The notes beneath the pieces were generated by a model. That model did no database searches and was not told the DNA's origin. It was given only the letters and a program-made list of their open reading frames with translations. A DNA stretch of 34,660 bases, taken from the sequence record DRR723986_9235. One strand, written 5' to 3'. Below, piece after piece: positions 8,976 to 17,228 of the stretch (within the stretch, counting starts at the first letter, position 1; each line of letters opens with the position of its first letter). Both the position numbers and the translations under genes were made by a program.

Positions 8976-11129
8976 CTATTGCTGCGACGTGCTTGGCTGG
9001 CTCAGGCTTTCATCTGCGATTTTCAAGAAACGTTTCGCGTTCGCATGCAGGGCAGAATCGGCACCGAATTTTCGCTCAATCTCGGGTATCAAATCCAACA
9101 ACCGCTGGCGTGCACTCTCAATCTCATCACTGCGAAGAACCTGTATCCCCAAAAGTTCTACAACCGCCGTTAAGCGAATTCGTTGATCAGAACTCTCTAT
9201 CGATAGCTCACGGAGAATGTTGCTGGCCTCGGTGTACTTCTCAGCGTTGCCCAGCAAAACGGCATTGACTAAACGATGGTGTTCGAGAAGACGACCACCG
9301 TCCGGATAGATTGCTTTGAAACCATCAACGACTGCTTGCATTTGCTCAATCGCCTCTGCCTCCCGACCGAGCTTTTGAAGTGTCGTCGCGTAGTTCGCCA
9401 TAGTCGTCAATGTCCGTGGGTTATTGGTTCCACGGTGCACCTTGTAGAAATCGATAACGTCTTCAAGAATCTTCGCCGCCTCCTCAGCGTTGCCATTCTT
9501 GAAAGTCGCGATAGCCAGAATTTGACTAGCGTCTGCCCAAAGCTCCGTGTCTCGGTCATCGTTCTTAGCGAGCACTTGCTCCTCAATCCCGATGGCCACC
9601 TCATAGTGCCCGCCAAATTCTTGAGCAGATGCAAGGACGTGTGCGTTCCATAACCAAAGCTTGTTGCTGTGAGGAAGCTCAAGCTTTGCAAGAAACTCGA
9701 CGTTCTTCAGACCAAGCTGCAGGGCCTCTTCCCCCTTGCCGGTCTTGAGCGTAGCTGCGGCTAATAAGATGCGTGCTGCGATCGCATACGGAGCCCCTTC
9801 GCCGTGCTGACGAACTTGATTCTGATAGACGAGCTTCCACTGCGCTACCGCCTGATGATGCAAACCGTTGGCAGAAAGAGTGTCTGCAGTCTGCCCAACA
9901 CGTCGAATTTCTTTTTCGGAAAGAGGCGAACCCGAATTCCGGACGCGAGCAGCTTCGCTCAGCATGTCGATCATCGTCTTTGGAACGCGTTTTGCGGATT
10001 TTCCGACAGGACGCTCTGGGTTGGTCGCTTGATAGGCTTTGGCAAGTTGGTCGTTCAATCCACCTTCCCTTTGCCTGCTTTCAAATAGCTCGCCACGCGA
10101 CAAGTAGAGGGCAACGCCAACGACTGCAACAATCGTTGACAGCAATGCGGCCGTTGTGGAAAACAACGCATTACGTTGAACAAAACGCACAACGACGTCG
10201 CGCGGTGACGCGGGCTTGCTCTTCAGAGGGTATCGATCCAGATAACACGTTAGATCTTCCTCCAATTCTCGTACCGTTTGATAAGAGTGGTCACCGCGCC
10301 GGATTGCACTCTGCAGTATGTGAGCAAGATCACCAGTTAGCTTCCGCCTCAGGCTCTTGGAAGACTCTCTGAGAGAGTGTGCAAAACCATCATCGATCGT
10401 ACCTTTATCAATCAGTTGGACCAAATTCTGGCGAAGTTCGTCGACTTCTTGCGTGTTCTGGCGATCGAGCCGGTGTGCATTGCCCGAGGCTGGTTCCCCG
10501 GTGAGCAACTGCCAAGCAAGGATCCCAATGGAGTAGAGATCAACTTCTACGCCGCGGTCAAGCCAGTTGCTGGTCTCCTCACCTACCACGCTCGGAGCAT
10601 CACTATGCTCGCAGTCAATGCGTGCTGCCATGCCGAAGTCCATGACCTTCGGGATGCCATCTTTCCTGGTCACCAGTATGTTGGCAGCCCGGATGTCTCG
10701 GTGGACACTGGCTTTATCGGCGTCAGAGTGGACGTAGTGGACTGCGCTGCAGACTTGTCGCAATAGTTTGACGCGGTCTCTCAACGAAACCTGCTCACGC
10801 TGGCAATGGCTAAGAATATCTTCACCGTCGACGTACTCCATCGACACAAAAACACGTTCTTCTAGCGTGTCACCAGCATCGAGTAACCGGGGAACATTGA
10901 CATGCTCTATGGCCGCTTGGGAAATAGCTTCTTGTGCGACTTCGCCAGCGATCCATCCGATTGGAACCTTAATCGCGACGAACCGCTTGAGCATTGTGTC
11001 ATAGGCGAGATAGACACTCCCGCCGCTTCCACCTCCCAATCGATCCTTAATCTCATAGCGGGCCGGAAGAACGGGCCACTGTCTATCCAAAGAGTCTTCT
11101 GCTGTGCGCAGGCTGGCGTATCCAAACAT
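8976..11129 (-). CDS. Hanks-type protein kinase with TM segment and C-terminal TPR-like repeats (atypical motifs)
   Basis: LGGGSGGSVY, VAIK, MEYVDG, HRDIRAAN, DFG, DLYSIG; TM near residue 325-345; repeats such as GTNNPRTLTTMANYA. Confidence 0.9.
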   Translation of the reverse strand: MFGYASLRTAEDSLDRQWPVLPARYEIKDRLGGGSGGSVYLAYDTMLKRFVAIKVPIGWIAGEVAQEAISQAAIEHVNVPRLLDAGDTLEERVFVSMEYVDGEDILSHCQREQVSLRDRVKLLRQVCSAVHYVHSDADKASVHRDIRAANILVTRKDGIPKVMDFGMAARIDCEHSDAPSVVGEETSNWLDRGVEVDLYSIGILAWQLLTGEPASGNAHRLDRQNTQEVDELRQNLVQLIDKGTIDDGFAHSLRESSKSLRRKLTGDLAHILQSAIRRGDHSYQTVRELEEDLTCYLDRYPLKSKPASPRDVVVRFVQRNALFSTTAALLSTIVAVVGVALYLSRGELFESRQREGGLNDQLAKAYQATNPERPVGKSAKRVPKTMIDMLSEAARVRNSGSPLSEKEIRRVGQTADTLSANGLHHQAVAQWKLVYQNQVRQHGEGAPYAIAARILLAAATLKTGKGEEALQLGLKNVEFLAKLELPHSNKLWLWNAHVLASAQEFGGHYEVAIGIEEQVLAKNDDRDTELWADASQILAIATFKNGNAEEAAKILEDVIDFYKVHRGTNNPRTLTTMANYATTLQKLGREAEAIEQMQAVVDGFKAIYPDGGRLLEHHRLVNAVLLGNAEKYTEASNILRELSIESSDQRIRLTAVVELLGIQVLRSDEIESARQRLLDLIPEIERKFGADSALHANAKRFLKIADESLSQPSTSQQ

Positions 11130-11132
11130 AGG

Positions 11133-11157
11133 AGTACCCTTGCATCAAGCTAATTTC
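11133..11157 (-). promoter_or_regulatory. Candidate ECF-type promoter GAAATT-N13-GGTACT
   Basis: Ends 3 bp before the kinase ATG; matches 8179..8203. Confidence 0.4.
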
Positions 11158-11514
11158 AAAGTGTCAGGCGCAGCCCCCCCCCCTGATTCTAGCGACTCTT
11201 GCTGGCTGGACAGGCAATGGGTCCGACGAAGACATTAAGCTCGCGTAGAAGACGGCGTTTTGATCGAGATGCCGATGCTGCTGGTCGGAGTATGGGCACA
11301 AAAAGAGCCAGCGGTTACGCCCGAGTGACCACTGGCTCCGAGAAAGTGGATTGCTCCACGTCAAGAATCATAGGATCTGTTCAGCATTCAGGCAAACTCG
11401 CCGCTAAAACAATTGGCAGAGTTCGAGCGCACAATCCTCGAGAACCGTTCGACTCGGGAAGACTCGGCTCGTGATTTCGTTCCGCTCGCTTCGGCGTGTG
11501 AACCGGCTGCCACA

Positions 11515-11622
11515 CTGGCAATGGGCGTCTCCAATTCAAGCAGACCGGGTTGCCGCTGCGCGGCTGCCCGCACCACTCTTGCCTGAGTTGTCGACTCAAG
11601 CCCATCGCCCAGCGTATGCCAG
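11515..11622 (+). other. Hairpin-rich leader D
   Basis: CTGGCA/TGCCAG closing stem, internal GCCGC/GCGGC and TGAGT/ACTCA hairpins; shares CTGCCCGCACCACT with 18217..18230. Confidence 0.5.
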
Positions 11623-11649
11623 GTCAAACACCCAAAACAGGAGAACGAA

Positions 11650-11919
11650 ATGACGAAACAAAACCAAACGCTGCCCGAGAAACCTAACGATTCTGTGGCG
11701 CCCAGCACTCAGGTACAGGCGCATGCTTCTATCAACATCATAACTGGCAATAAGGCAAAGACACTTGAAGCATTGATGCCGGTGCTCAATTCATTACCAA
11801 TCGATGAAATTGACGATGAGAGCTTCGAATTCGAAATCCGGCTATACTTTGACAGCTTGTCCGGAATCTCACGCGTGGCATACGCAATGGGACGAATCGA
11901 GCAACAGCTGGACCTGTAA
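11650..11919 (+). CDS. Hypothetical protein
   Basis: 89-aa ORF with CAGGAG RBS, convergent with repA. Confidence 0.65.
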   Translation: MTKQNQTLPEKPNDSVAPSTQVQAHASINIITGNKAKTLEALMPVLNSLPIDEIDDESFEFEIRLYFDSLSGISRVAYAMGRIEQQLDL

Positions 11920-11934
11920 CTGGCGATTGGAAAA

Positions 11935-13014
11935 CTACCATCGGAGGTTGCCTCGTCGTAGGTTCCACTTGCGACAGAATCCGATAAAAGCCGCATCGGG
12001 GCGTCTCGGTGGTTCAGCCCCAGAGATGCTCACCCAATTCCGCCATTGCCTCTCAAGCTCGTACACATCATACCCCGGTGCCGCCAGTCTGGCTTCGTGA
12101 TAAGTGTCTGGTGCGAGCGCCGGGATTTCAGCTGAATCCGAGACCAAAGATGGAATGGAACCCCGGTTCTGGAAGACGACGACGTCGTCATCCCCTCCTC
12201 CGCGTTCATCAATTCTTAGACTGTAGTCTGGCATGTGTTGATTCTTTTGATCGTCTTCGACAACTTTCTTGACCAACCGCTTGAATTCTTTAGGTGTCGA
12301 CCCAGACCCGCATTTCTTGCGAAGCAAACCAATCGTGATTCGCCATTCAGCTTTCCGGCCACAGTGTTTTCGAGCCAGTTCGTAGAGGCGGCGTTCGATG
12401 GGTCGCCGAAGCCGAAAATAGTCCCGATGCAGCGTTAAGACTTCCTTGGCCTGGACTGCGTTGAATACCCAGTCGGACAACTTGACCTCTACCTCCTGCA
12501 TCCGCCCTTCACGGGTTTCTCGCACGATCTCAAAGCTCTCAATCAAACCGAATCCCCGCATGATCTCTTTGTCCCCTGTGAGGATGTTTGTGCTGATTCG
12601 GGTTCCCGCAAGACGTTCTAGAGCCGAACGCAGGAGGTCATAGCCACGCCCATTGGTCATCCGATTCGTCGCAGTCAATAGCTCAACGCCCTTGAACCGC
12701 ACGCGAGGCGATACCTCCCGGCCCTGATTCAGAGCGGCAACGAGTTGACTAATGCAATAGATCAAGATGTCACGGTCATGGATGGTTGCAAGCCCGTCTG
12801 TCGACGGCTTTATCTCCATCCAACTGTCTTTGTGTTCGTAGCGACGCACTCGAAGGTCCGGTTTGGTTGACAGACTGAATACAGGATGCTCCATTCCCGC
12901 CATGTCCCCTTTGGGCGCCGCATCGACGATATCACAGATAAACAGGTCCAGTGTCGGATGACGGTCCGGCAAGAGAGGAGACTTTGAGTGGTCGATCAGC
13001 GTGATTCCATTCAT
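11935..13014 (-). CDS. repA: Plasmid replication initiator protein A (RPA family)
   Basis: KGDMAGMEHPVFSLS, GLATIHDRDILIYCISQL, LERLAGTRISTNI, YFRLRRPIERRLYELARKHCG. Confidence 0.92.
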   Translation of the reverse strand: MNGITLIDHSKSPLLPDRHPTLDLFICDIVDAAPKGDMAGMEHPVFSLSTKPDLRVRRYEHKDSWMEIKPSTDGLATIHDRDILIYCISQLVAALNQGREVSPRVRFKGVELLTATNRMTNGRGYDLLRSALERLAGTRISTNILTGDKEIMRGFGLIESFEIVRETREGRMQEVEVKLSDWVFNAVQAKEVLTLHRDYFRLRRPIERRLYELARKHCGRKAEWRITIGLLRKKCGSGSTPKEFKRLVKKVVEDDQKNQHMPDYSLRIDERGGGDDDVVVFQNRGSIPSLVSDSAEIPALAPDTYHEARLAAPGYDVYELERQWRNWVSISGAEPPRRPDAAFIGFCRKWNLRRGNLRW

Positions 13015-13023
13015 GGTTCATTC

Positions 13024-13239
13024 AAACGATATTTCACACACCGAGTCAAGCAAAAACGATATTTCACACACCTGCACGTGAGATTGCGAGCGTCAGTTGG
13101 GATTCTCGCAGCCTCCGAAACCAGAGCCCGGGCCGTGAAACGACACTTCACACACCGGGCGTCGTAGTTGATTTTCTAACGACACATCACACACCGCTGA
13201 ACGACACTTTGCACACCGATCATCGACACTTCACACACC
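13024..13239. repeat. Six 19-bp iterons (consensus AACGAYAYTTCACACACC), putative oriV
   Basis: Copies start at 13024, 13054, 13138, 13177, 13199, 13221; the last three are spaced 22 bp; followed by an AT-rich AACAC-repeat tract (~13295-13325) and DnaA-box-like TGTGGATTA. Confidence 0.9.
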
Positions 13240-13440
13240 GGGCATTTTCCGTCACCGGCGGATTCCGGTAGCCAGCGAGGTGATTCGGACTGCGTAACAC
13301 CCTGATAAACACAATTTAAACACACAGCAGCCTGTGGATTACTCTGGGGATTAATGGATCGAACCGTAAGTTTTGGCAGGCTTATCAGCCCCAATGGGCG
13401 ATCGGAAGAAACAACCTACGAAAGCCCCTACTCGCCAGTC

Positions 13441-13458
13441 AGTCCAGAATCCTGGACT
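13441..13458. repeat. 18-bp palindrome AGTCCAGAATCCTGGACT (copy 1 of 5)
   Basis: Read directly from the sequence. Confidence 0.85.
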
Positions 13459-13628
13459 TTGGGTCCGAATCAGCCACGGTGGAAAGGTGAGCGACCGCAC
13501 CGCCGTAACTACGGCACTACGACTCGCTGCACATAACCAAGCATCTGTTTCCAATTGCCCCCAGAATTGTTTAGAGGTCGAGCCGAAGAACCTTGCGTCG
13601 ACGCCCAATGATCAACTAGAGTCCAATC

Positions 13629-14603
13629 ATGCTGCCACACCGTGATGCAGAACTGGAAACGTTCAAGACGGCTATTGATCTGCGTGACTACGCGATTTCG
13701 GTTGGTTTTGAATATGTTCGCCGTCAGTCGAGTCGACACAGTGCGGTGTTAAAGCATGCATGTGGTGATAAGTTGGTCGTCGCCCGGATGCCGTGGAAAC
13801 ACTACGTTTATTTCAATGTTCACAGCGGTAGCAGCGATGACAGCGGCTCGATCATTGATTTCGTACAAACGCGGGAGAACGCTTCACTCGGTGAGGTACG
13901 AAAGATCCTACGAAAGTGGGCCGGACAAATATCTTTCGAGCGGACCGAGCCGTCTCCCCTCCTCCCAGCACTAGAATCTTCGACTCAGGATGCAGCCCGA
14001 GTTTTTGCGGCTTGGATTAAGGCTTCTGAGCTGGAGGCCGCAAACAAGTACCTGACCAGCGAGCGATGCCTGCCAAGCCCTCTACTCGCAGATCCGATTT
14101 TTCGCGGACGCATTCGTGTCGATCACCGAGGCAATATTCTGTTTGCCCATCACAATCGAGGTGGCATCTGTGGCTATGAGGTAAAGAACCATGGTTTTAC
14201 TGGCTTCTCGCCTGGTGGTATGAAGGGGCTTTGTTTCTCACACCCGAAGAACACTGATACGGAGATGGTCATATCCGAAACTGCCATCGACATGCTGTCC
14301 GTGGCCGCTTTGGACGGTGTGACTGGTCGCCGCTTTTTTAGTCTAGCCGGTCAGCCCAGCCCTGCTCAGATCGACTTGTTGGTCGGAGCGACGAAGAAGA
14401 TGCCTTCTAAGCCCAGAGTTCTCCTTGCCTTTGACAATGATGAGGCCGGCAAGAACCTTGTCGGTGTCGTTCGTTCGGCTTTGAGTGAATACTGCTCAGA
14501 AGTTGTCAGCCACCTTCCAGCAACGGCTGGCCAGGACTGGAATGATGTGCTCCAGGCGCGGTCCGCAGCAATGCCGCAGTTCCGAATCGCCGCTGGCCCT
14601 TAA
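13629..14603 (+). CDS. Toprim-domain primase-like protein (DUF3991-like middle region)
   Basis: FKTAIDLRDY, DDSGSIIDFV, ISETAIDMLS, LAFDNDEAG, QDWND. Confidence 0.85.
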   Translation: MLPHRDAELETFKTAIDLRDYAISVGFEYVRRQSSRHSAVLKHACGDKLVVARMPWKHYVYFNVHSGSSDDSGSIIDFVQTRENASLGEVRKILRKWAGQISFERTEPSPLLPALESSTQDAARVFAAWIKASELEAANKYLTSERCLPSPLLADPIFRGRIRVDHRGNILFAHHNRGGICGYEVKNHGFTGFSPGGMKGLCFSHPKNTDTEMVISETAIDMLSVAALDGVTGRRFFSLAGQPSPAQIDLLVGATKKMPSKPRVLLAFDNDEAGKNLVGVVRSALSEYCSEVVSHLPATAGQDWNDVLQARSAAMPQFRIAAGP

Positions 14604-14837
14604 TGCCGTAGGACCGCCGATACGGTTGGCCGTAGATCCGTATCGCCGCAAGAACTGGCCCACGATGGTCCGCATTGCCTTGCCGCCGTTGGTACTGAAA
14701 ACCGTGGATCCGTGAATGCGGTGCACCTTGGCTCCGCAACGACGCAGAGCCGCCGACACGGTTATCCGCATCGCCGCAATGATTGGCCTGCGGTTGTCCG
14801 TGTTTGCGGCAGTGCGGTCCTACGGCGCTGTGGTTGT
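14558..14837. repeat. 8-bp-periodic CCGY/RCGG array (~35 units), candidate partition centromere
   Basis: In 14606..14829, 21 of 28 consecutive 8-mers begin with exact CCGT, CCGC, ACGG or GCGG; the register continues into the primase 3' end. Confidence 0.8.
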
Positions 14838-14963
14838 GACGTGGTGGCGCGCACTTAGACTTGACGCATCGGTGTGTCCTGTGCCACAACCGTTGGCAAT
14901 GAATTATCACGAATTAGACACAGGCGAGTCATCAGTGGTCGTCAGCTGCTGGGAGTAGGGCAG

Positions 14964-15746
14964 TTGGCAGCGGAACAATTCTCATTGGCTGCAAGCCGCC
15001 ACATTGTTGGCCTTCTCGACCAGGCAAGCAGTCAGGTTGGTCTCAGCCGTGGGCAAGTGTTTGAAGACTTCCTCACGGTTGCTCGCTGTGCACTCGCTGG
15101 CCAAACCATGGAAAAAGAGTACCTAGAGACGGTCAATAAAGGTTATGCAACTGGAGAACCTGGCAAGAGAGGGATTGATACGCTCAAAGAGGCTTTCCAC
15201 TCGACAGTCGATGCCATGGAGGGCAGGGAGGACGTGCTGGGTGACATTTTCACCGGTGCGATCACGTATGGTGAGAGGGGACAGTTTCTTACGCCTGATG
15301 GTGTCTGCAGTTTGATGGCCGCCATGTCGATCCCCTCTGAGAGAGCTTCAGAATCAAAGTCCGTTTGTGATCCAGCCTGTGGTTCAGGCAGAATGCTTCT
15401 CGCAGTCGGTAAGCTACAGCCGCACTGGGAGCTCACCGGTCAGGATGCAGATCATCGTGCCGCCCAAATGACCGCTATCAACCTAGGTCTAAACGGTCTC
15501 CGAGGCTGGGCCGTCTGGCAAAACACTCTCTCGCTGGAGTGTCATCGTGTCTACCGCATCGGCTTCAATCTGGCCACAGGTGGAGTAATAACCGAAGTAC
15601 CGGTCGAGCAGTCCCCGTTTAACTACGCTAAGCAGCCAAAGACGCCGCCAAACAGTCCCCAGACAAAACCAACTTCGTCTGCTGGCAACACGACGCCGAG
15701 CGATGGTAACAGCGACGCAGGGGCACAACAGCTTGACCTATTCTAG
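14964..15746 (+). CDS. N6-adenine methyltransferase-like protein (HsdM-like SAM-binding part, no NPPY/F motif)
   Basis: DVLGDIF, RGQFLTP, VCDPACGSGRML; start uncertain (TTG 14964 after GGAG). Confidence 0.8.
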   Translation: MAAEQFSLAASRHIVGLLDQASSQVGLSRGQVFEDFLTVARCALAGQTMEKEYLETVNKGYATGEPGKRGIDTLKEAFHSTVDAMEGREDVLGDIFTGAITYGERGQFLTPDGVCSLMAAMSIPSERASESKSVCDPACGSGRMLLAVGKLQPHWELTGQDADHRAAQMTAINLGLNGLRGWAVWQNTLSLECHRVYRIGFNLATGGVITEVPVEQSPFNYAKQPKTPPNSPQTKPTSSAGNTTPSDGNSDAGAQQLDLF

Positions 15747-15882
15747 CCCGACGTCCTCCTCCATATCCGTGGTTACGGCGGTCCGCAATTGCGGCTTGCC
15801 TTAGCACCGACACCAGCGAACAATTCGTTAACAAGACGTTTTCAGACTCCACACTTTGTTCGGTTGACTTCCCATACAGCTT

Positions 15883-15988
15883 GCCGCCTTGCCAGCACGC
15901 GTGCAAGGGTTTTCCTGCAGCAGTCCAAGGCCAGCTTCGGAAAATCGCGTTGCGAAGCCCCTTGCACTTCCACTGGCGTCCAGGCGGC
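15883..15988 (+). other. Hairpin-rich leader A
   Basis: Nested stems GCCGCCT/AGGCGGC, GCCAG/CTGGC, GTGCAAGGG/CCCTTGCAC; homologous to 22572..22678. Confidence 0.7.
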
Positions 15989-16028
15989 TGGACGCAGGCA
16001 TGGTCAACCAACAAAGGAGAAGAAAACC

Positions 16029-16712
16029 ATGTCTACATTACACTCAGTTCCACTACCACGCGCACCGCTCAATACCAGCCCAGTGCCGCACCTAACCAGC
16101 ATCCATTCCAGAACAGAACGGGGCCCATACGGCTCTGGTCGCTATCGCGGCAAGTGCGGTGGTTATCTGATTCGTGATCTTTTGCGTTACTACAAACCCA
16201 AACACGTACTTGACCCCATGATGGGAAGCGGCACCTGCCAAGATGTATGCCGCGAACTACGCATTGCATGCACCAGTATGGATATCAAACGCGGCCAAGA
16301 TGCGGCCAACGCAACGAGCTATCACGACGTTGAACCCGTCGACTTCGTGTGGATGCATCCACCGTACTGGAAAATGATCAAATACAACGATGATCCAAAC
16401 TGCCTGTCCAATGCGGAGTCACTTTCGCATTTTGTCTACCTCATGGGCGAGGTACTCAACAACTGTCGCAGCGTCCTGACCAAGCATGGAAAGATTGCAG
16501 TCTTGATCGGTGGCTTTAGCGAGCGGGGCAGGTATCAGCCGCTCTCGCAGCTCATCATGGCTCACGCGATTCAGATCGGTTTGTGGCCCGCGACAACGGA
16601 GATCATTCGGTTTCAGCACAACAACTCATCCTCGCGTCGAGTGTACCGCAGCTCATTCATTCCGGGGCTGCACGATACCTGCATGATTTTCAAGGAGCAA
16701 CCGAAGAAATAG
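16029..16712 (+). CDS. Orphan amino-methyltransferase (N4C/N6A DNA methylase family)
   Basis: VLDPMMGSGT (motif I) before WMHPPYW (motif IV); AAGGAG RBS. Confidence 0.85.
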   Translation: MSTLHSVPLPRAPLNTSPVPHLTSIHSRTERGPYGSGRYRGKCGGYLIRDLLRYYKPKHVLDPMMGSGTCQDVCRELRIACTSMDIKRGQDAANATSYHDVEPVDFVWMHPPYWKMIKYNDDPNCLSNAESLSHFVYLMGEVLNNCRSVLTKHGKIAVLIGGFSERGRYQPLSQLIMAHAIQIGLWPATTEIIRFQHNNSSSRRVYRSSFIPGLHDTCMIFKEQPKK

Positions 16713-16723
16713 CCGTCACATGG

Positions 16724-16752
16724 TGGGGTCCAGGATTCTGGACTCCATTTTT
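16724..16752 (+). terminator. Hairpin plus T-run containing palindrome copy 2
   Basis: TGGGGTCCAG-GATT-CTGGACTCCA-TTTTT, 11 bp after the methylase stop. Confidence 0.6.
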
Positions 16753-16805
16753 CATCAACAAGTAAACCATTGCGATAGCTGGCCATGCGTGCTAGTTGTC
16801 TCGGC

Positions 16806-17147
16806 ATGAATAGTGAAACGTTCGAATGCGACCAGTGCGGTGCCTGTTGTCAGGGACATCACAGGGTTGAGGTCTACAGTATCGATGTGCAAAGGGAGCA
16901 ACATTTGGCCACAGCGGCACTTGGACGGCCGGAAGGTCAAACCTATGAAGCACTCATGGCCGACCTCGACGAAGAAGGCCGTCACCTGTTGATTGCTGGC
17001 GGGCAGGCGTGCAAGTTTCTTACAACGAGCTTTCGCTGTGCCATCTATCCGACGCGGCCTAATGCATGTGTTGCCCTGGAAGCAGGAAGCGAAGACTGTC
17101 AGCGGGCACGCGAAATGGCTGGCATTGAACCGCTTAGCCCACGGTAG
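16806..17147 (+). CDS. YkgJ-family cysteine-cluster (CxxCxxCC) protein
   Basis: CDQCGACC...CKFL...CAIYPTRPNAC. Confidence 0.85.
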   Translation: MNSETFECDQCGACCQGHHRVEVYSIDVQREQHLATAALGRPEGQTYEALMADLDEEGRHLLIAGGQACKFLTTSFRCAIYPTRPNACVALEAGSEDCQRAREMAGIEPLSPR

Positions 17148-17179
17148 CGAGGCATCGAAAGCAAGCAGAAATTTAAAGA

Positions 17180-17216
17180 TTGACTATCGCCCTCATACCG
17201 TGATATCATGATATCA
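17180..17216 (+). promoter_or_regulatory. TA operon promoter/operator
   Basis: TTGACT-18 bp-TATCAT, overlapped by tandem palindromes TGATATCA TGATATCA (17201-17216). Confidence 0.6.
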
Positions 17217-17228
17217 AAGGAGGGTGTT

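Noticed and set aside
11130-11364. N-terminal extension of the kinase through a frameshift at the G10 tract
   Set aside because: An in-frame TGA at 11147-11145 lies between the tract and the ATG
13024-13239. CRISPR array
   Set aside because: Repeats are 19 bp with spacers of 3-65 bp, there are no cas genes, and they lie upstream of repA: iterons
14485-14958. Short ORFs in several frames
   Set aside because: They overlie the 8-bp-periodic array, a period that does not fit codon structure; no recognisable motifs
15789-16028. 80-aa N-terminal extension of the methylase in the ORF track
   Set aside because: It covers the repeat array and hairpin leader; a strong RBS precedes ATG 16029
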